A stretch of 64,000 bases of DNA from Thermodesulfobacteriota bacterium (GTDB lineage: Bacteria; Desulfobacterota; Binatia; Bin18). Position 1 is the stretch's first letter; the number at the start of each line of letters is the position of its first letter. The notes below the pieces were generated by a model that was not told the DNA's origin, searched no databases, and worked only from the letters and a program-made list of their open reading frames with translations. Positions 1-10,244 of this stretch are shown here, piece by piece. The position numbers and the translations under genes were made by a program. The stretch covers positions 96,001-160,000 of the forward strand of contig OZ219926.1 in the NCBI GenBank assembly GCA_964291405.2. Direction: 5' to 3'.

Positions 1-2
1 CC

Positions 3-710
3 CTGGTTGCCAACGAACTCATTCACGACGGAGATACCATTCAAATCGGTTTGGGCAGCGTTTCCTCCCCGCTCGGCATGTATTTAGGCAATAAGAACGA
101 TCTGGGTATTCACACCGAGGTGATTCCCGGCGGCATTGCCCGCCTGGTGAAGGAAGGCGTTATTACCGGAAAGTACAAGACGGTGAACCCCGGTAAGGTC
201 GTTGCCAGCGCCGGGATTGGGGTGTTCCCGGATGAGCTGTCGATTATCGACGGAAACCCGAATTTTGAGTTTTACGACTTCACCTACACGGATGATTTAC
301 GGTTGCTGGTCAATCAAGAGCACTATGTTGCCGTCAATAACGCCCTCGCCGTAGACTTGGGCGGGCAGGCCTGCTCCGAGTCGTTCGGTCCGTTCATGTA
401 TACCGGAACGGGTGGTCAGACTATTTTTACGATCACTGCGGCCTACTGTAACCCGGGTCGGTCGGTAATTGTCACGCCGTCGAGCGCCGAGGTTAACGAC
501 CGCCGGGTCTCGCGGATTGTACCCATGCTTGAGCCCGGCAGCGTGGTGACCGCGCAGCGGACTTTTGTTGACTATGTGGTGACCGAATTCGGGATCGCCG
601 AACTCAAGGGCAAGTCTCTCAAGCAGCGTGCGGCTGCGCTCCTGGAGGTTGCTCATCCCGATTTCCAGCCGGACCTCAGACGTGAAGCCGAGCGCATTTA
701 TCACATATAG
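3..710 (+). CDS. Acetyl-CoA hydrolase/4-hydroxybutyrate CoA-transferase family protein (5'-truncated)
   Basis: Frame open from the window edge (…[12 protein letters not shown]); motifs [39 protein letters not shown]…RA. Confidence 0.9.
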   Translation: MVANELIHDGDTIQIGLGSVSSPLGMYLGNKNDLGIHTEVIPGGIARLVKEGVITGKYKTVNPGKVVASAGIGVFPDELSIIDGNPNFEFYDFTYTDDLRLLVNQEHYVAVNNALAVDLGGQACSESFGPFMYTGTGGQTIFTITAAYCNPGRSVIVTPSSAEVNDRRVSRIVPMLEPGSVVTAQRTFVDYVVTEFGIAELKGKSLKQRAAALLEVAHPDFQPDLRREAERIYHI

Positions 711-733
711 AGAGTTCTCATCAGCAGGTCGGC

Positions 734-2803
734 ATGTCGGAAAAATTCACGAACCGTTTGGCGACGGAGACGAGTCCCTATTTGCTCCAACATGCCCACA
801 ACCCGGTGGACTGGTACCCGTGGGGCGCAGAGGCTTTTGCCAAAGCCCAGGCTGAAGACAAACCGATTCTGCTGAGCGTTGGCTATTCGGCGTGCCACTG
901 GTGCCACGTTATGGCGCACGAGTCCTTTGAGAACGAACACATTGCCGCGCTGATGAATAAGCTGTTCGTCAATGTCAAGGTTGACCGGGAAGAACGACCG
1001 GATGTTGATGAAATCTATATGAATGCGGTGCAGATGCTGATCGGTCGCGGCGGCTGGCCGATGACGGTGTTTCTCACCCCAGATGGCAAGCCGTTCTATG
1101 GCGGAACCTATTTCCCGCCCGAGGACCGCCATAACATCCCCGCGTTTCCACGAGTCCTGGCGGGCATCGCCCAAGCCTATCGGGAAAAACCCGCGGATGT
1201 CACACAATCTACCACTGAGATTTTGGACCGGCTTGAGCAACTTGCCCGGCGTGAGCCAACGACGCGGCCACTGGATGTGTCGGTGTTGGAGAAAGCGATT
1301 GAAGGACTGGCCCAACACTATGATGAGACCCACGGCGGGATAGGGCAGGCTCCTAAATTCCCGAACACCTCCGTTTTTGCGCTGTTTTTGCGCTACGCCC
1401 ACGCAACCGGCAATCATCGCTACCTGGACATGACCACACATACGCTCCGCAAAATGGCGCAAGGCGGCATGTACGACCATCTCGGGGGAGGCTTTCACCG
1501 TTATTCGGTCGACGAGCGCTGGCTGGTGCCCCATTTTGAGAAGATGCTGTACGACAACGCGCTTCTGACCAGACTCTATCTTGAAGGCTACCAGGCCAGC
1601 GGAGACCCCTTCTTTCGACAGGTTGTGGAGGACATATTAGCCTATGTCGAGCGGGAGATGGTCAGCCCAGGGGGAGGATTTTATTCAACCCAGGACGCCG
1701 ACTCGGAAGGCGCGGAAGGCAAGTTCTTTGTTTGGGGCCAAGACGAAGTGATGCGAATCTTGGGCGACGAGGTGGGGGAGATATTCTGTCGTTATTACGA
1801 TGTCACGGATGTCGGAAATTTCGAGCGGAAGAACATCCTGCATCCTACGCTGGAACTGGACCAACTGGCGCGGCTCTTCCGGCGTGAGGTAGATGACGTA
1901 AAGCAGTTGATCGGCCAGGCCAAAGACACTCTCTTCGCGATCCGTGAACAGCGGGTGAAACCGGGCCGCGATGAGAAAATTCTGACCAGTTGGAACGGCC
2001 TCATGATTTCGGCGTTTGCCGAGGCGTATAAGGTGTTGGGCAATCCCGACTATCTTGAAGTCGCACGGCGCGGGATCCGTTTTACTCAGACTACCCTGTG
2101 TCGTGAGGGTCGCTTGCTGCGCAGTTATAAGGACGGGCAAGCCAAATTCAACGCCTATCTTGACGACTACGCCTGTTTCAGCGCGGCCTTACTCGACGTG
2201 TATGAAGCGACCTTTGAGCCGGAATATCTGGACGGAGCAGTGGCCTTGACCGACGTGCTGCTGGACCGTTTCTGGGACGCACAGGAGGGAGGGTTCTTTT
2301 TCACCAGCTCAGACCATGAAGCGCTGATCAGCCGGTCAAAGTCCGCCTTTGACGGGTCTGTTCCGTCGGGGAATTCCGTGGCCGCTTCTGTTCTGCTACG
2401 CCTCTATTATGCCACTGAGCAGCAAGACTATCTGACCAAAGCGGAAACGATCTTCCGGCTATTCTACGACGCCCTGGAGCAGAATCCCTTCGGCTTCAGC
2501 AACATGTTGTGCGGGCTGGATTTGTACCTGCGCCGGCCCAAGGAAATCGTTCTCCTGGGAGATCCGGTCGCTCCTGAAACCACGACGCTGCTGCGCAACA
2601 TTCATGGGGATTTTATTCCGAACAAGACGCTCTTGTGTTTCGACCCTGAACGGCCGCCACAGCAGGGCATCCCGAGTTTGCTCGAAGGTAAGACGCGGAT
2701 TGAAGACCAACTGACTGCCTATGTCTGTCATAATTTTGCCTGTTCCTTGCCGGTTACAAGTTGGGAAGAGCTGCAAGCATTGGTAACTCCGACACGGCAC
2801 TGA
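734..2803 (+). CDS. Thioredoxin-domain/six-hairpin protein, YyaL/SSP411 (DUF255) family
   Basis: [45 protein letters not shown] motifs. Confidence 0.95.
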   Translation: MSEKFTNRLATETSPYLLQHAHNPVDWYPWGAEAFAKAQAEDKPILLSVGYSACHWCHVMAHESFENEHIAALMNKLFVNVKVDREERPDVDEIYMNAVQMLIGRGGWPMTVFLTPDGKPFYGGTYFPPEDRHNIPAFPRVLAGIAQAYREKPADVTQSTTEILDRLEQLARREPTTRPLDVSVLEKAIEGLAQHYDETHGGIGQAPKFPNTSVFALFLRYAHATGNHRYLDMTTHTLRKMAQGGMYDHLGGGFHRYSVDERWLVPHFEKMLYDNALLTRLYLEGYQASGDPFFRQVVEDILAYVEREMVSPGGGFYSTQDADSEGAEGKFFVWGQDEVMRILGDEVGEIFCRYYDVTDVGNFERKNILHPTLELDQLARLFRREVDDVKQLIGQAKDTLFAIREQRVKPGRDEKILTSWNGLMISAFAEAYKVLGNPDYLEVARRGIRFTQTTLCREGRLLRSYKDGQAKFNAYLDDYACFSAALLDVYEATFEPEYLDGAVALTDVLLDRFWDAQEGGFFFTSSDHEALISRSKSAFDGSVPSGNSVAASVLLRLYYATEQQDYLTKAETIFRLFYDALEQNPFGFSNMLCGLDLYLRRPKEIVLLGDPVAPETTTLLRNIHGDFIPNKTLLCFDPERPPQQGIPSLLEGKTRIEDQLTAYVCHNFACSLPVTSWEELQALVTPTRH

Positions 2804-2848
2804 GGACGGCACTATCCGTCCTCAGCGGGGTCGAAGGAGGAGAGGATT

Positions 2849-3445
2849 ATGCGATTTGTGAGCGGGCTCTTGCAGGTTGTTTTTTTTCTGGCTGTGGTGT
2901 TGACGTCTCTCCTGGCCGCCGGACTTATTTCCAACGATCTACCGTGGAGTAACCCCCCAGGGATGGGAACTCGGCTGGTGACCTATCTGTCGACGAATGT
3001 TGCGGAAACCACGTCAGACTCGGCCTTTCCCGAACTCCGGCCACGTACCTATGCGGCACCGGCTGCTTTGATGTTTGATGTTGCTCGTCGGGCAGCCGAG
3101 GCACTCCACTGGGAGTTAGGTACGGTTGAGCCTGAAGCGCGGAAAATAGAAGCCGTAGCGACGACGAGAGTCATTAAATTCAAGGATGATGTCACCATCT
3201 GGGTCAAGGCTGATGGGGAGGAGCGGAGTACGCTCTTCGCGCGTTCAGCCTCGCGTGCCGGCGTGGTAGATTTAGGGGCAAATACTCGCCACATCATGGA
3301 CTTGTTTGAAACCGTGGATATCATCGCTCCGGTAACGGCCGTAGTAGATAAAGAGGAGACGGCTGAAGAATCCCAAACTTCTTCCGAGGCAATGCCCACA
3401 GAAAGTGACACCCCGCCTGCAACGGAAGATCCGTCACAGGAATAA
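2849..3445 (+). CDS. DUF1499-like membrane-anchored protein
   Basis: N-terminal TM helix; FKDDVTI and RSASRAG…DLGAN motifs; acidic low-complexity tail. Confidence 0.75.
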   Translation: MRFVSGLLQVVFFLAVVLTSLLAAGLISNDLPWSNPPGMGTRLVTYLSTNVAETTSDSAFPELRPRTYAAPAALMFDVARRAAEALHWELGTVEPEARKIEAVATTRVIKFKDDVTIWVKADGEERSTLFARSASRAGVVDLGANTRHIMDLFETVDIIAPVTAVVDKEETAEESQTSSEAMPTESDTPPATEDPSQE

Positions 3446-3455
3446 CGCAGGAACA

Positions 3456-3734
3456 ATGTCTCAGCAGCCGCGGGTCGAGATCGTCTATTGTCCGCAATGT
3501 GGCTGGCTCTTGCGGGCGAGCTGGATGGCACAAGAACTGCTCACCACTTTTCCCGACGAACTGGGGGAGGTGGCGTTGGTTCCGGGTGGAAGCGGCATTT
3601 TTGACATACGGCTGAATAATGAACTGATCTGGTCACGCCATGAACAGGGAAGCTTTCCTGAAATCAAAGTTCTCAAACGATCCATACGAGATACCATTGC
3701 CCCGCACAGAAACCTGGGCCACATTGATCGCTAA
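3456..3734 (+). CDS. SelT/SelW/SelH (Rdx) family protein
   Basis: VEIVYCPQCGWLLRASWMAQELLTTF…FPEIK; start placed at ATG 3456. Confidence 0.93.
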   Translation: MSQQPRVEIVYCPQCGWLLRASWMAQELLTTFPDELGEVALVPGGSGIFDIRLNNELIWSRHEQGSFPEIKVLKRSIRDTIAPHRNLGHIDR

Positions 3735-3746
3735 TGGCATCCCACT

Positions 3747-4658
3747 GTGACCTGGGTTGAGATTTCCATTGCCGCCGGCGTCTTCCTGACTCTGCGGAAC
3801 GCGCTAGCACGGACCCTGTCCGGCCGAGTGTCTCCCGTCCTTATCAGTTGGGCACGCTTTGCGTTTAATTTGCCGTTCTCAGGCCCCGCGGTGCTCATGC
3901 TGATGGCTGCGAGTGGCGTACCGCAGTTGTCGTTCGCATTCTATGGGTATTGCTTTTTGACAGGGGTTGCCCAGATTCTTGCCAATATCGCCTTGGTCTC
4001 CGCCTTTCAGCATACCAATTTTGCGCAGGCTATTGTCTTGCACAAACTGGAAGTGCTCTTCACCGCTTTGTGTGGCCTCATGTTTTTTGCAGAATATCCG
4101 TCAGCCTTCGGTTGGGTCGGTATTACCGCTTCCAGCCTGGGCGTGATGCTGATGAATCTCGGCAAAGAGGGTGGGCCTGCTGGCTGGCGTCGAGCCCTAC
4201 ATTTTGACCTGGGAACCTTACTCGCAGGTGCATGTGCCATCTTTCTTGTGTTCGCTAGTTTTCTGTTGAAGGAGGCTACCATGGAGTTTGCCGCCTTAAA
4301 CCCCCACTTTGGAACAAGTCGCTTCGAGGCTGCTGTTCACGCCGTATTTCATACCACTTGGATAGAGATTGTGATGCTGACGGCCTACCTGTGGTGGCTG
4401 AAGCGCGAAGAATTGCAGGATATTACAACCCACTGGCGTCGGATGGCGCTTATTGGGGCGACGAGCTTCGGCGGCAGTATCTGTGCCTTTTGGTCATACT
4501 CACTGACCCTGGTGGTGTACGCCAAGGCGGTTGCTCAGATTGAAGCCGTGGTGGCGATTGTGCTGGCGCTCGTTCTGTGGCGTGAAAAAGAAGTCTGGCG
4601 CCAGTTCCCCGGTACTGTCCTCGTCATTATCGGGATAGGGATTATTCTGCTGGGATGA
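3747..4658 (+). CDS. EamA/DMT family transporter
   Basis: About 10 hydrophobic helices in 303 aa with two-repeat DMT layout. Confidence 0.75.
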   Translation: MTWVEISIAAGVFLTLRNALARTLSGRVSPVLISWARFAFNLPFSGPAVLMLMAASGVPQLSFAFYGYCFLTGVAQILANIALVSAFQHTNFAQAIVLHKLEVLFTALCGLMFFAEYPSAFGWVGITASSLGVMLMNLGKEGGPAGWRRALHFDLGTLLAGACAIFLVFASFLLKEATMEFAALNPHFGTSRFEAAVHAVFHTTWIEIVMLTAYLWWLKREELQDITTHWRRMALIGATSFGGSICAFWSYSLTLVVYAKAVAQIEAVVAIVLALVLWREKEVWRQFPGTVLVIIGIGIILLG

Positions 4659-4820
4659 ATATGTACACCGCTCCAGGATGTACTACTGTGGGTCTTCAAC
4701 GTTTTCTGACTCATACTCTCTCGAATATTTCGTCCGGAATATTTTTCTGGACGGCTGCCACATTGTGGCATACGATTGAATTTACCAACTCTGTCAAGCA
4801 GTCTATGAGGAGGCTTTGCC

Positions 4821-5840
4821 GTGAGCCTACCACAATCGAGTCGTTTGCAATTTACCCAGGATCTCACCATCTGTCGTATTCTTAACGGCTTGTGGCAGGT
4901 GTCTGGAGGACACGGGCGCATTAATCCCCAAGCCGCAGTCCGGGAGATGTTTGACTATCATGAGACTGGCTTCACCTCGTGGGATCTTGCTGATCACTAT
5001 GGTCCGGCTGAGGATTTTATCGGCGACTTCCGGCGTCAGCTCGCGAAGTCGCGCAGTACTGAAGCACTCCCTAGCATCCAGGCCTTTACCAAATGGGTCC
5101 CGCGCCCTGGCCGCATGACACGTGAGGTAGTAGAGCACAATATCGACATCTCTTTAAGTCGCATGGATGTAGAGACGCTTGATCTCTTGCAGTTTCACTG
5201 GTGGGACTATGGTGATAAACGCTATTTGGATGCACTCAAACACCTCTCCGATCTCAAAGAAGAGGGCAAGCTTCGCCATCTTGCCTTGACCAACTTCGAT
5301 ACTGAGCATCTCAGAATCATTACCGAGCACGGCATCACAATCGTTTCCAATCAAGTCCAGTTTTCCCTGATTGACCGCCGACCAGAGATCGAGATGATCC
5401 CGTTTTGCCAAGCGCATGACATCCAGTTGCTGACCTATGGGACAGTGTGCGGCGGGCTGCTGTCTGAACAGTTTCTTGGCCGGCGTGAGCCGGGTCAGTG
5501 GTCGCTGAAGACAGCCAGCCTTCAGAAATATAAACAGATGATCGATGCCTGGGGTGGGTGGCAACTCTTCCAAGAACTGTTGGGCTGTCTCAAGGATATT
5601 GCCGAGAAGCATGCAGTGAGCATCGCTAATATCGCCACCCATTACATCCTCACCAAACCTCGCGTGGCTGGCGTTATTCTTGGCACCCGGCTGGGTGTTT
5701 CTGAGCACCGGGCCGACAACGTGCGCGTTTTTGATATGACGCTCGACGCAGGGGAGCTTGATCTGGTGCATAGCCTCCTGAGCCACTCGAACAACCTCTT
5801 TCAGTCCATTGGCGATTGTGGAGATGAGTACCGGAATTAG
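4821..5840 (+). CDS. Aldo/keto reductase
   Basis: GLWQ, DLADHYGPAE, LDLLQFHWW, SNQVQFSLIDRR motifs. Confidence 0.92.
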   Translation: MSLPQSSRLQFTQDLTICRILNGLWQVSGGHGRINPQAAVREMFDYHETGFTSWDLADHYGPAEDFIGDFRRQLAKSRSTEALPSIQAFTKWVPRPGRMTREVVEHNIDISLSRMDVETLDLLQFHWWDYGDKRYLDALKHLSDLKEEGKLRHLALTNFDTEHLRIITEHGITIVSNQVQFSLIDRRPEIEMIPFCQAHDIQLLTYGTVCGGLLSEQFLGRREPGQWSLKTASLQKYKQMIDAWGGWQLFQELLGCLKDIAEKHAVSIANIATHYILTKPRVAGVILGTRLGVSEHRADNVRVFDMTLDAGELDLVHSLLSHSNNLFQSIGDCGDEYRN

Positions 5841-5894
5841 ACTGAGCATGGCAATCAGTTGTAGCGGACGGGGACAGAAACGGAGTGTCTGGCG

Positions 5895-8345
5895 ATGAAC
5901 CTTCCTTCGCACGCGCAGGTTGTCATTATTGGCGGTGGAATAATTGGTTGCAGTGTGGCCTACCACCTCTGTAAACTTGGCCTGACCGATGTGGTCTTGC
6001 TGGAACGCAAAAGCCTCACCAGCGGCACGACCTGGCATGCTGCTGGCCTAGTGGGGCAATTGCGAGCGACCCAGAATCTGACCAGACTCGCCCAATATAC
6101 GACGACACTCTTGCAGGAACTTGAAGCCGAAACCGGACAAGCAACCGGCTTTAAGCAAACCGGCTCCCTGGCTATTGCTAATAATACCGAGCGTTTTGAG
6201 GAGCTGAAGCGCGGTGCGTCTATGGCAAAATGCTTTGGGCTTGAGGTGGAAGTGATCGGCCCGCGGGAGGCGGCCGAGCTGTGGCCGCTCATGAATGTAA
6301 AAGACCTGGTGGGGGGGGTGTATTTACCGGGTGATGGGCAGACGAACCCAACCGATACCACCCAGGCCTATGCCAAGGGTGCCAAAATGCACGGCGCCCA
6401 GATATTCGAGAACGTGAAGGTGACAGACATTCACCAAAAAGATGGCAGAGCCAGTGGAGTTGCCACCGAATACGGTGACATCCACTCGGAATATGTCGTC
6501 AACTGTGCCGGTATGTGGGCGCGGCAGGTCGGTCGCCTGGCCGGGGTCAGCATTCCCCTTCACGCGGCGGAACACTTTTACGTTGTGACTGAGCCGATTG
6601 CCGGGCTGGCCTCTGGATTACCGACGCTGCGCGACCCTGGGAGTGCGACGTATTTCAAGGAAGAAGTTGGTTGCGTTCTGGCCGGTTTCTTTGAACTCCA
6701 GGCCAAGCCGTGGGGAAGGGGAGGCGAGGCCATTCCGGAAGACTTTGCGTTTGGCACTTTTGGTGAAGACTGGGACCATCTTGAGGATGTGTTCAACCAG
6801 GCGATGCACCGTCTGCCGGCGTTGGAGAACGCGGGGATCAAGCTCTTCCTCAACGGCCCCGAAAGTTTCACCCCGGACGACCGCTACCATTTGGGCGAAG
6901 CGCCCGAGCTCAAGAATTTCTATGTTGCCGCGGGTTTTAACTCCATTGGCATTCAGTCTTCCGGTGGGGCCGGGAAGGTTTTGGCCGAATGGATTGCACA
7001 CGGCTATCCGCCCGTCGATCTGTGGGACGTTGATATTCGACGCAACCGGCCCTTCCAGAACAACCGCCGTTATTTGGAAAAGCGGGTCTCGGAAACCCTG
7101 GGCCTCTTATACGATATGCACTGGCCGTTCCGGCAGTATGAAACAAGCCGTAAGGTGCGTATGTCACCCCTGCACGATCGGCTGGTCGCCCAGGGAGCGT
7201 GTTTCGGGGAGGCCGCTGGCTGGGAGCGGGCAAACTGGTTTGCTCCTCCGGGTGTGGAACCCCGGTATCAATATTCGTACGGCAAACAGAACTGGTTTGC
7301 CTATTCGGCGGCTGAGCACCGAGCCGTGCGTGAGAATGTCGGTCTGTTCGACCAGACCTCTTTCAGCAAGTTTCTCCTCCAGGGGCGGGATGCGCTCAGC
7401 GTGCTGAATCGCCTGTGCGGGAACCAGATTGATGTCGCGCCGGGGAAGGTGGTCTACACTCAAATGCTGAACGAGCGGGGTGGGACCGAGGCCGACGTGA
7501 CCGTCACCCGCGTTGCTCCAGACTGTTTCTACATCGTGGACGCCGCGGCTACGCAGACAAAAACCTTTTCCTATATACAGTCGCATATTGCTGCGGACGA
7601 ATACGCCTTTCTCACCGACGTGACCTCAGCCTACGCCGTGCTGGGTGTCATGGGTCCAAATGCTCGGAGGCTCTTGAGCAGCTTGACCGATGTGGACCTC
7701 TCCAACCAAGCCTTCCCGTTTGCAAGCGCGCAGGAGATCGACTTTGCCGATGCCAGTCTCCGTGCCATCCGTATTACCTATGTGGGCGAGCTGGGCTGGG
7801 AGCTGCATATCCCGACTGAATTTACTCTTTCGGTCTATGACGCGCTGAATCAGGCGGGTCAATCTCTGTCGCTCCAACACTGCGGCTATCACGCGCTCAA
7901 TTCTTTGCGTATAGAAAAAGGCTATCGCCACTGGGGACATGACGTGACCGATGAGGAAACACCGCTCGAAGCAGGACTGGGGTTTGCCGTCCGGCTGAAT
8001 AAAGACCACTTCTTAGGTCGAGCAGTCCTGCTGGAGCAAAAACACAAAGGTGTCAAAAAGCGGCTGGTCCAGTTTGTGTTAGAAGACCCAGAAGCGTTGC
8101 TCTACCACAATGAACCCATTTGGCGGGACAATGAAATTATCGGCTTTATTACCTCCGGGATGTTCGGCCATACCCTGGGCGCGGCCATTGGCCTGGGGTA
8201 TGTCAATCATGCGGATGGCGTTACACCCGAATATATTCAGTCCGGCCGCTATGAAATAGAGGTCGCGGGCAGGCGTATACCAGCTCGGGCTTCGCTGCGT
8301 CCTTTATACGACCCGGAGAACGAACGGATAAAAATGCAGGAATAG
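5895..8345 (+). CDS. GcvT-family FAD-dependent oxidoreductase (dimethylglycine/sarcosine dehydrogenase-like)
   Basis: GGGIIG FAD motif, SGTTWHAAG, NGPESFTPD, C-terminal GcvT domain (ITYVGELGWELH, LRIEKGY). Confidence 0.93.
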   Translation: MNLPSHAQVVIIGGGIIGCSVAYHLCKLGLTDVVLLERKSLTSGTTWHAAGLVGQLRATQNLTRLAQYTTTLLQELEAETGQATGFKQTGSLAIANNTERFEELKRGASMAKCFGLEVEVIGPREAAELWPLMNVKDLVGGVYLPGDGQTNPTDTTQAYAKGAKMHGAQIFENVKVTDIHQKDGRASGVATEYGDIHSEYVVNCAGMWARQVGRLAGVSIPLHAAEHFYVVTEPIAGLASGLPTLRDPGSATYFKEEVGCVLAGFFELQAKPWGRGGEAIPEDFAFGTFGEDWDHLEDVFNQAMHRLPALENAGIKLFLNGPESFTPDDRYHLGEAPELKNFYVAAGFNSIGIQSSGGAGKVLAEWIAHGYPPVDLWDVDIRRNRPFQNNRRYLEKRVSETLGLLYDMHWPFRQYETSRKVRMSPLHDRLVAQGACFGEAAGWERANWFAPPGVEPRYQYSYGKQNWFAYSAAEHRAVRENVGLFDQTSFSKFLLQGRDALSVLNRLCGNQIDVAPGKVVYTQMLNERGGTEADVTVTRVAPDCFYIVDAAATQTKTFSYIQSHIAADEYAFLTDVTSAYAVLGVMGPNARRLLSSLTDVDLSNQAFPFASAQEIDFADASLRAIRITYVGELGWELHIPTEFTLSVYDALNQAGQSLSLQHCGYHALNSLRIEKGYRHWGHDVTDEETPLEAGLGFAVRLNKDHFLGRAVLLEQKHKGVKKRLVQFVLEDPEALLYHNEPIWRDNEIIGFITSGMFGHTLGAAIGLGYVNHADGVTPEYIQSGRYEIEVAGRRIPARASLRPLYDPENERIKMQE

Positions 8346-8385
8346 TTTTTTCCCTCCTCCAGGGGAGAGGGGCTCCCTACGCCGA

Positions 8386-8440
8386 AAAGAGTAAACGTGT
8401 CCTCCCATAGACAGGCAGATGCTGGACACGTCTACTCTTT
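8386..8440. repeat. Dispersed ~54-bp palindromic element, copy 1
   Basis: AAAGAGTAAACGTGTCC-TCCCATAGACAGGCAGATGCT-GGACACGTCTACTCTTT; the right arm contains the coxG-like stop codon. Confidence 0.9.
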
Positions 8441-8881
8441 GAAATGTTTTGCAACGTTCCGGGCGAACTCGGCCACGATTTTATCCGCCTTCTTTCGAAT
8501 CACGGGCTGGCCGAACTCGCCAAGTTTGCCCATGAGCCGGGCTTCGGTCTGGATGGACAGTTGGGTCTGCGCCTCTTCCTGTTCGACTAAAATCAACTCG
8601 GCACTGATATGGACGCCGCCGCCAATGCGGCGGTCGTTTGCTTCCGCTCTGCCAACGGCCCGCCAATTTGTTTGATCGAGTTCCTGTATGCTCAGCTCGC
8701 CCTGTAAGGTGAGTCGAATAGGGCCGAATGTCACTTTCATCCGGCCCGCATATTGATCCTCACCGGTAGCGACAACCTCACTCACCCCAGGCACACAGGG
8801 CGCCATTTGAGGAACGTCCATGAGAAAATTCCACAGGGTTTCGCGCGCGACCGGGACCGTACAGCTATGCTCGAAATTCAT
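8432..8881 (-). CDS. CoxG/SRPBCC family protein
   Basis: LWNFLMD…CVPG, GKLGEFG motif; last gene of the Mo-hydroxylase operon. Confidence 0.9.
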   Translation of the reverse strand: MNFEHSCTVPVARETLWNFLMDVPQMAPCVPGVSEVVATGEDQYAGRMKVTFGPIRLTLQGELSIQELDQTNWRAVGRAEANDRRIGGGVHISAELILVEQEEAQTQLSIQTEARLMGKLGEFGQPVIRKKADKIVAEFARNVAKHFKE

Positions 8882-9762
8882 ACGCTCCCTCTCGCTTCTT
8901 GAGCTCGTGTGACTGCCTGTTCGACGGCCCGCTGGGTAAAGACGACGGCCATGTCGCGCTTGTATTCCGCCGAGCCGCGAAAGTCCGCGAGAGGGTCAAT
9001 CTCTTCCGTAACAAGAGCGGTCGCGTCACGAATAACCTGAGGGGTCAACGGCTGGCCTTGGAGGGCTGTTTCAACTGCCCGTGCCCGGAGTGGGGTTGCC
9101 GCGGCGGCACCCAAGGCGATACGGGCCTGAGCAATAGTGTCGCCGTCTAAGGAGATTCGTGCGGCAACGGCAATAGTTGCGTAATCGTCATGCGTTTGGG
9201 GCAGGAATTTAAGGAAAGCAGTTCCCACGCCGGTGGGTTGGGGCGGGATGATAACGGTGGTGATGAGTTCTTCAGGTTCGAGCGCGGTTTCATAATAATC
9301 GACAAAAAAGTCGCTCAGCTCAATTTCCCGCTCGCCGCGACTCGATTGGACTCGAATCCGCGCGTCCAGGACCAGCAACGCGGGAGGTGGGTCCTGATTT
9401 GGGTCGGCATGCGCCAGCGAGCCGCCAATGGTTGCAGCCGTCCGAATACGGACGCTGGCCACATGCTGAAAGGTCGTAGCCAAAAGGGGAAGGCGGTGCT
9501 GAATCAAGGCCGAGGTTTCTATGGCCCGGTGCGAACACAGCGACCCAATCGTGAGGCCGCCGTTGGACTGAATCTCATCGAGCTCCGGATGGCGGGCCAG
9601 TCGGCGGAGACCGATCAGATACGCGGGCTGAACCAGACGCTGTTTCATCAGGTTGACCAGCCCGGTTCCGCCGGCAAGGACCTTGGCGTCCTCGCCGTGC
9701 TGTTCAAGCAGGGCTAAAGCCTCTTCGAGGCTGTCCGGTTCGACATATTCAAAGGCAATCAT
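8878..9762 (-). CDS. Xanthine dehydrogenase family FAD-binding (medium) subunit
   Basis: AGGTGL, IRTAATIGGSLAHADP, DFRGSAEYK; ATG 9762 overlaps the upstream TGA (ATGA). Confidence 0.92.
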   Translation of the reverse strand: MIAFEYVEPDSLEEALALLEQHGEDAKVLAGGTGLVNLMKQRLVQPAYLIGLRRLARHPELDEIQSNGGLTIGSLCSHRAIETSALIQHRLPLLATTFQHVASVRIRTAATIGGSLAHADPNQDPPPALLVLDARIRVQSSRGEREIELSDFFVDYYETALEPEELITTVIIPPQPTGVGTAFLKFLPQTHDDYATIAVAARISLDGDTIAQARIALGAAAATPLRARAVETALQGQPLTPQVIRDATALVTEEIDPLADFRGSAEYKRDMAVVFTQRAVEQAVTRAQEARGSV

Positions 9763-10229
9763 GTCGTGACCTTTCCGTCCGCCACCGCCTGGATCGATGC
9801 GATGATTTTGTAATAGCCGGTACAGCGGCACAGATTGCCCATCATCCAGCTTTGAACCTCGTCTTTTGACGGATGCGGGTTTTCGTCCAACAGGGCTTTG
9901 GCCGACATGATCTGACCCGGCGTACAGATGCCGCACTGAAAGCCGCCATAGTCGATAAACGCTTTTTGTAGCGGATGCAGTCTGTCGCCTTCAGCCAGTC
10001 CTTCGATAGTGGTGACTGCGCAGCCGTCTGCCGTGACAGCGAGAGTCAAACAGGAACTGACGGGCTTACCGTCAAGGAGAACGGTGCACGCCCCGCACAC
10101 ACCTACGCTGCAGCCTTCTTTAGTCCCCGTGAGATCAAGCTCGTTGCGTAACAGGTCGATGAGCAGGGTGTTGTCCGGAATGTCTCGCTCAACCGCCTGG
10201 CCGTTTACTCGGAGTCGAATAGATTTCAT
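9759..10229 (-). CDS. Xanthine dehydrogenase family 2Fe-2S (small) subunit
   Basis: GCSVGVCGACTV, QCGICTPG, NLCRCTGY. Confidence 0.95.
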   Translation of the reverse strand: MKSIRLRVNGQAVERDIPDNTLLIDLLRNELDLTGTKEGCSVGVCGACTVLLDGKPVSSCLTLAVTADGCAVTTIEGLAEGDRLHPLQKAFIDYGGFQCGICTPGQIMSAKALLDENPHPSKDEVQSWMMGNLCRCTGYYKIIASIQAVADGKVTT

Positions 10230-10244
10230 ATTTGGCTGTTTCCT

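Noticed and set aside
3456-3734. Selenoprotein
   Set aside because: The motif is CPQC with no in-frame TGA.
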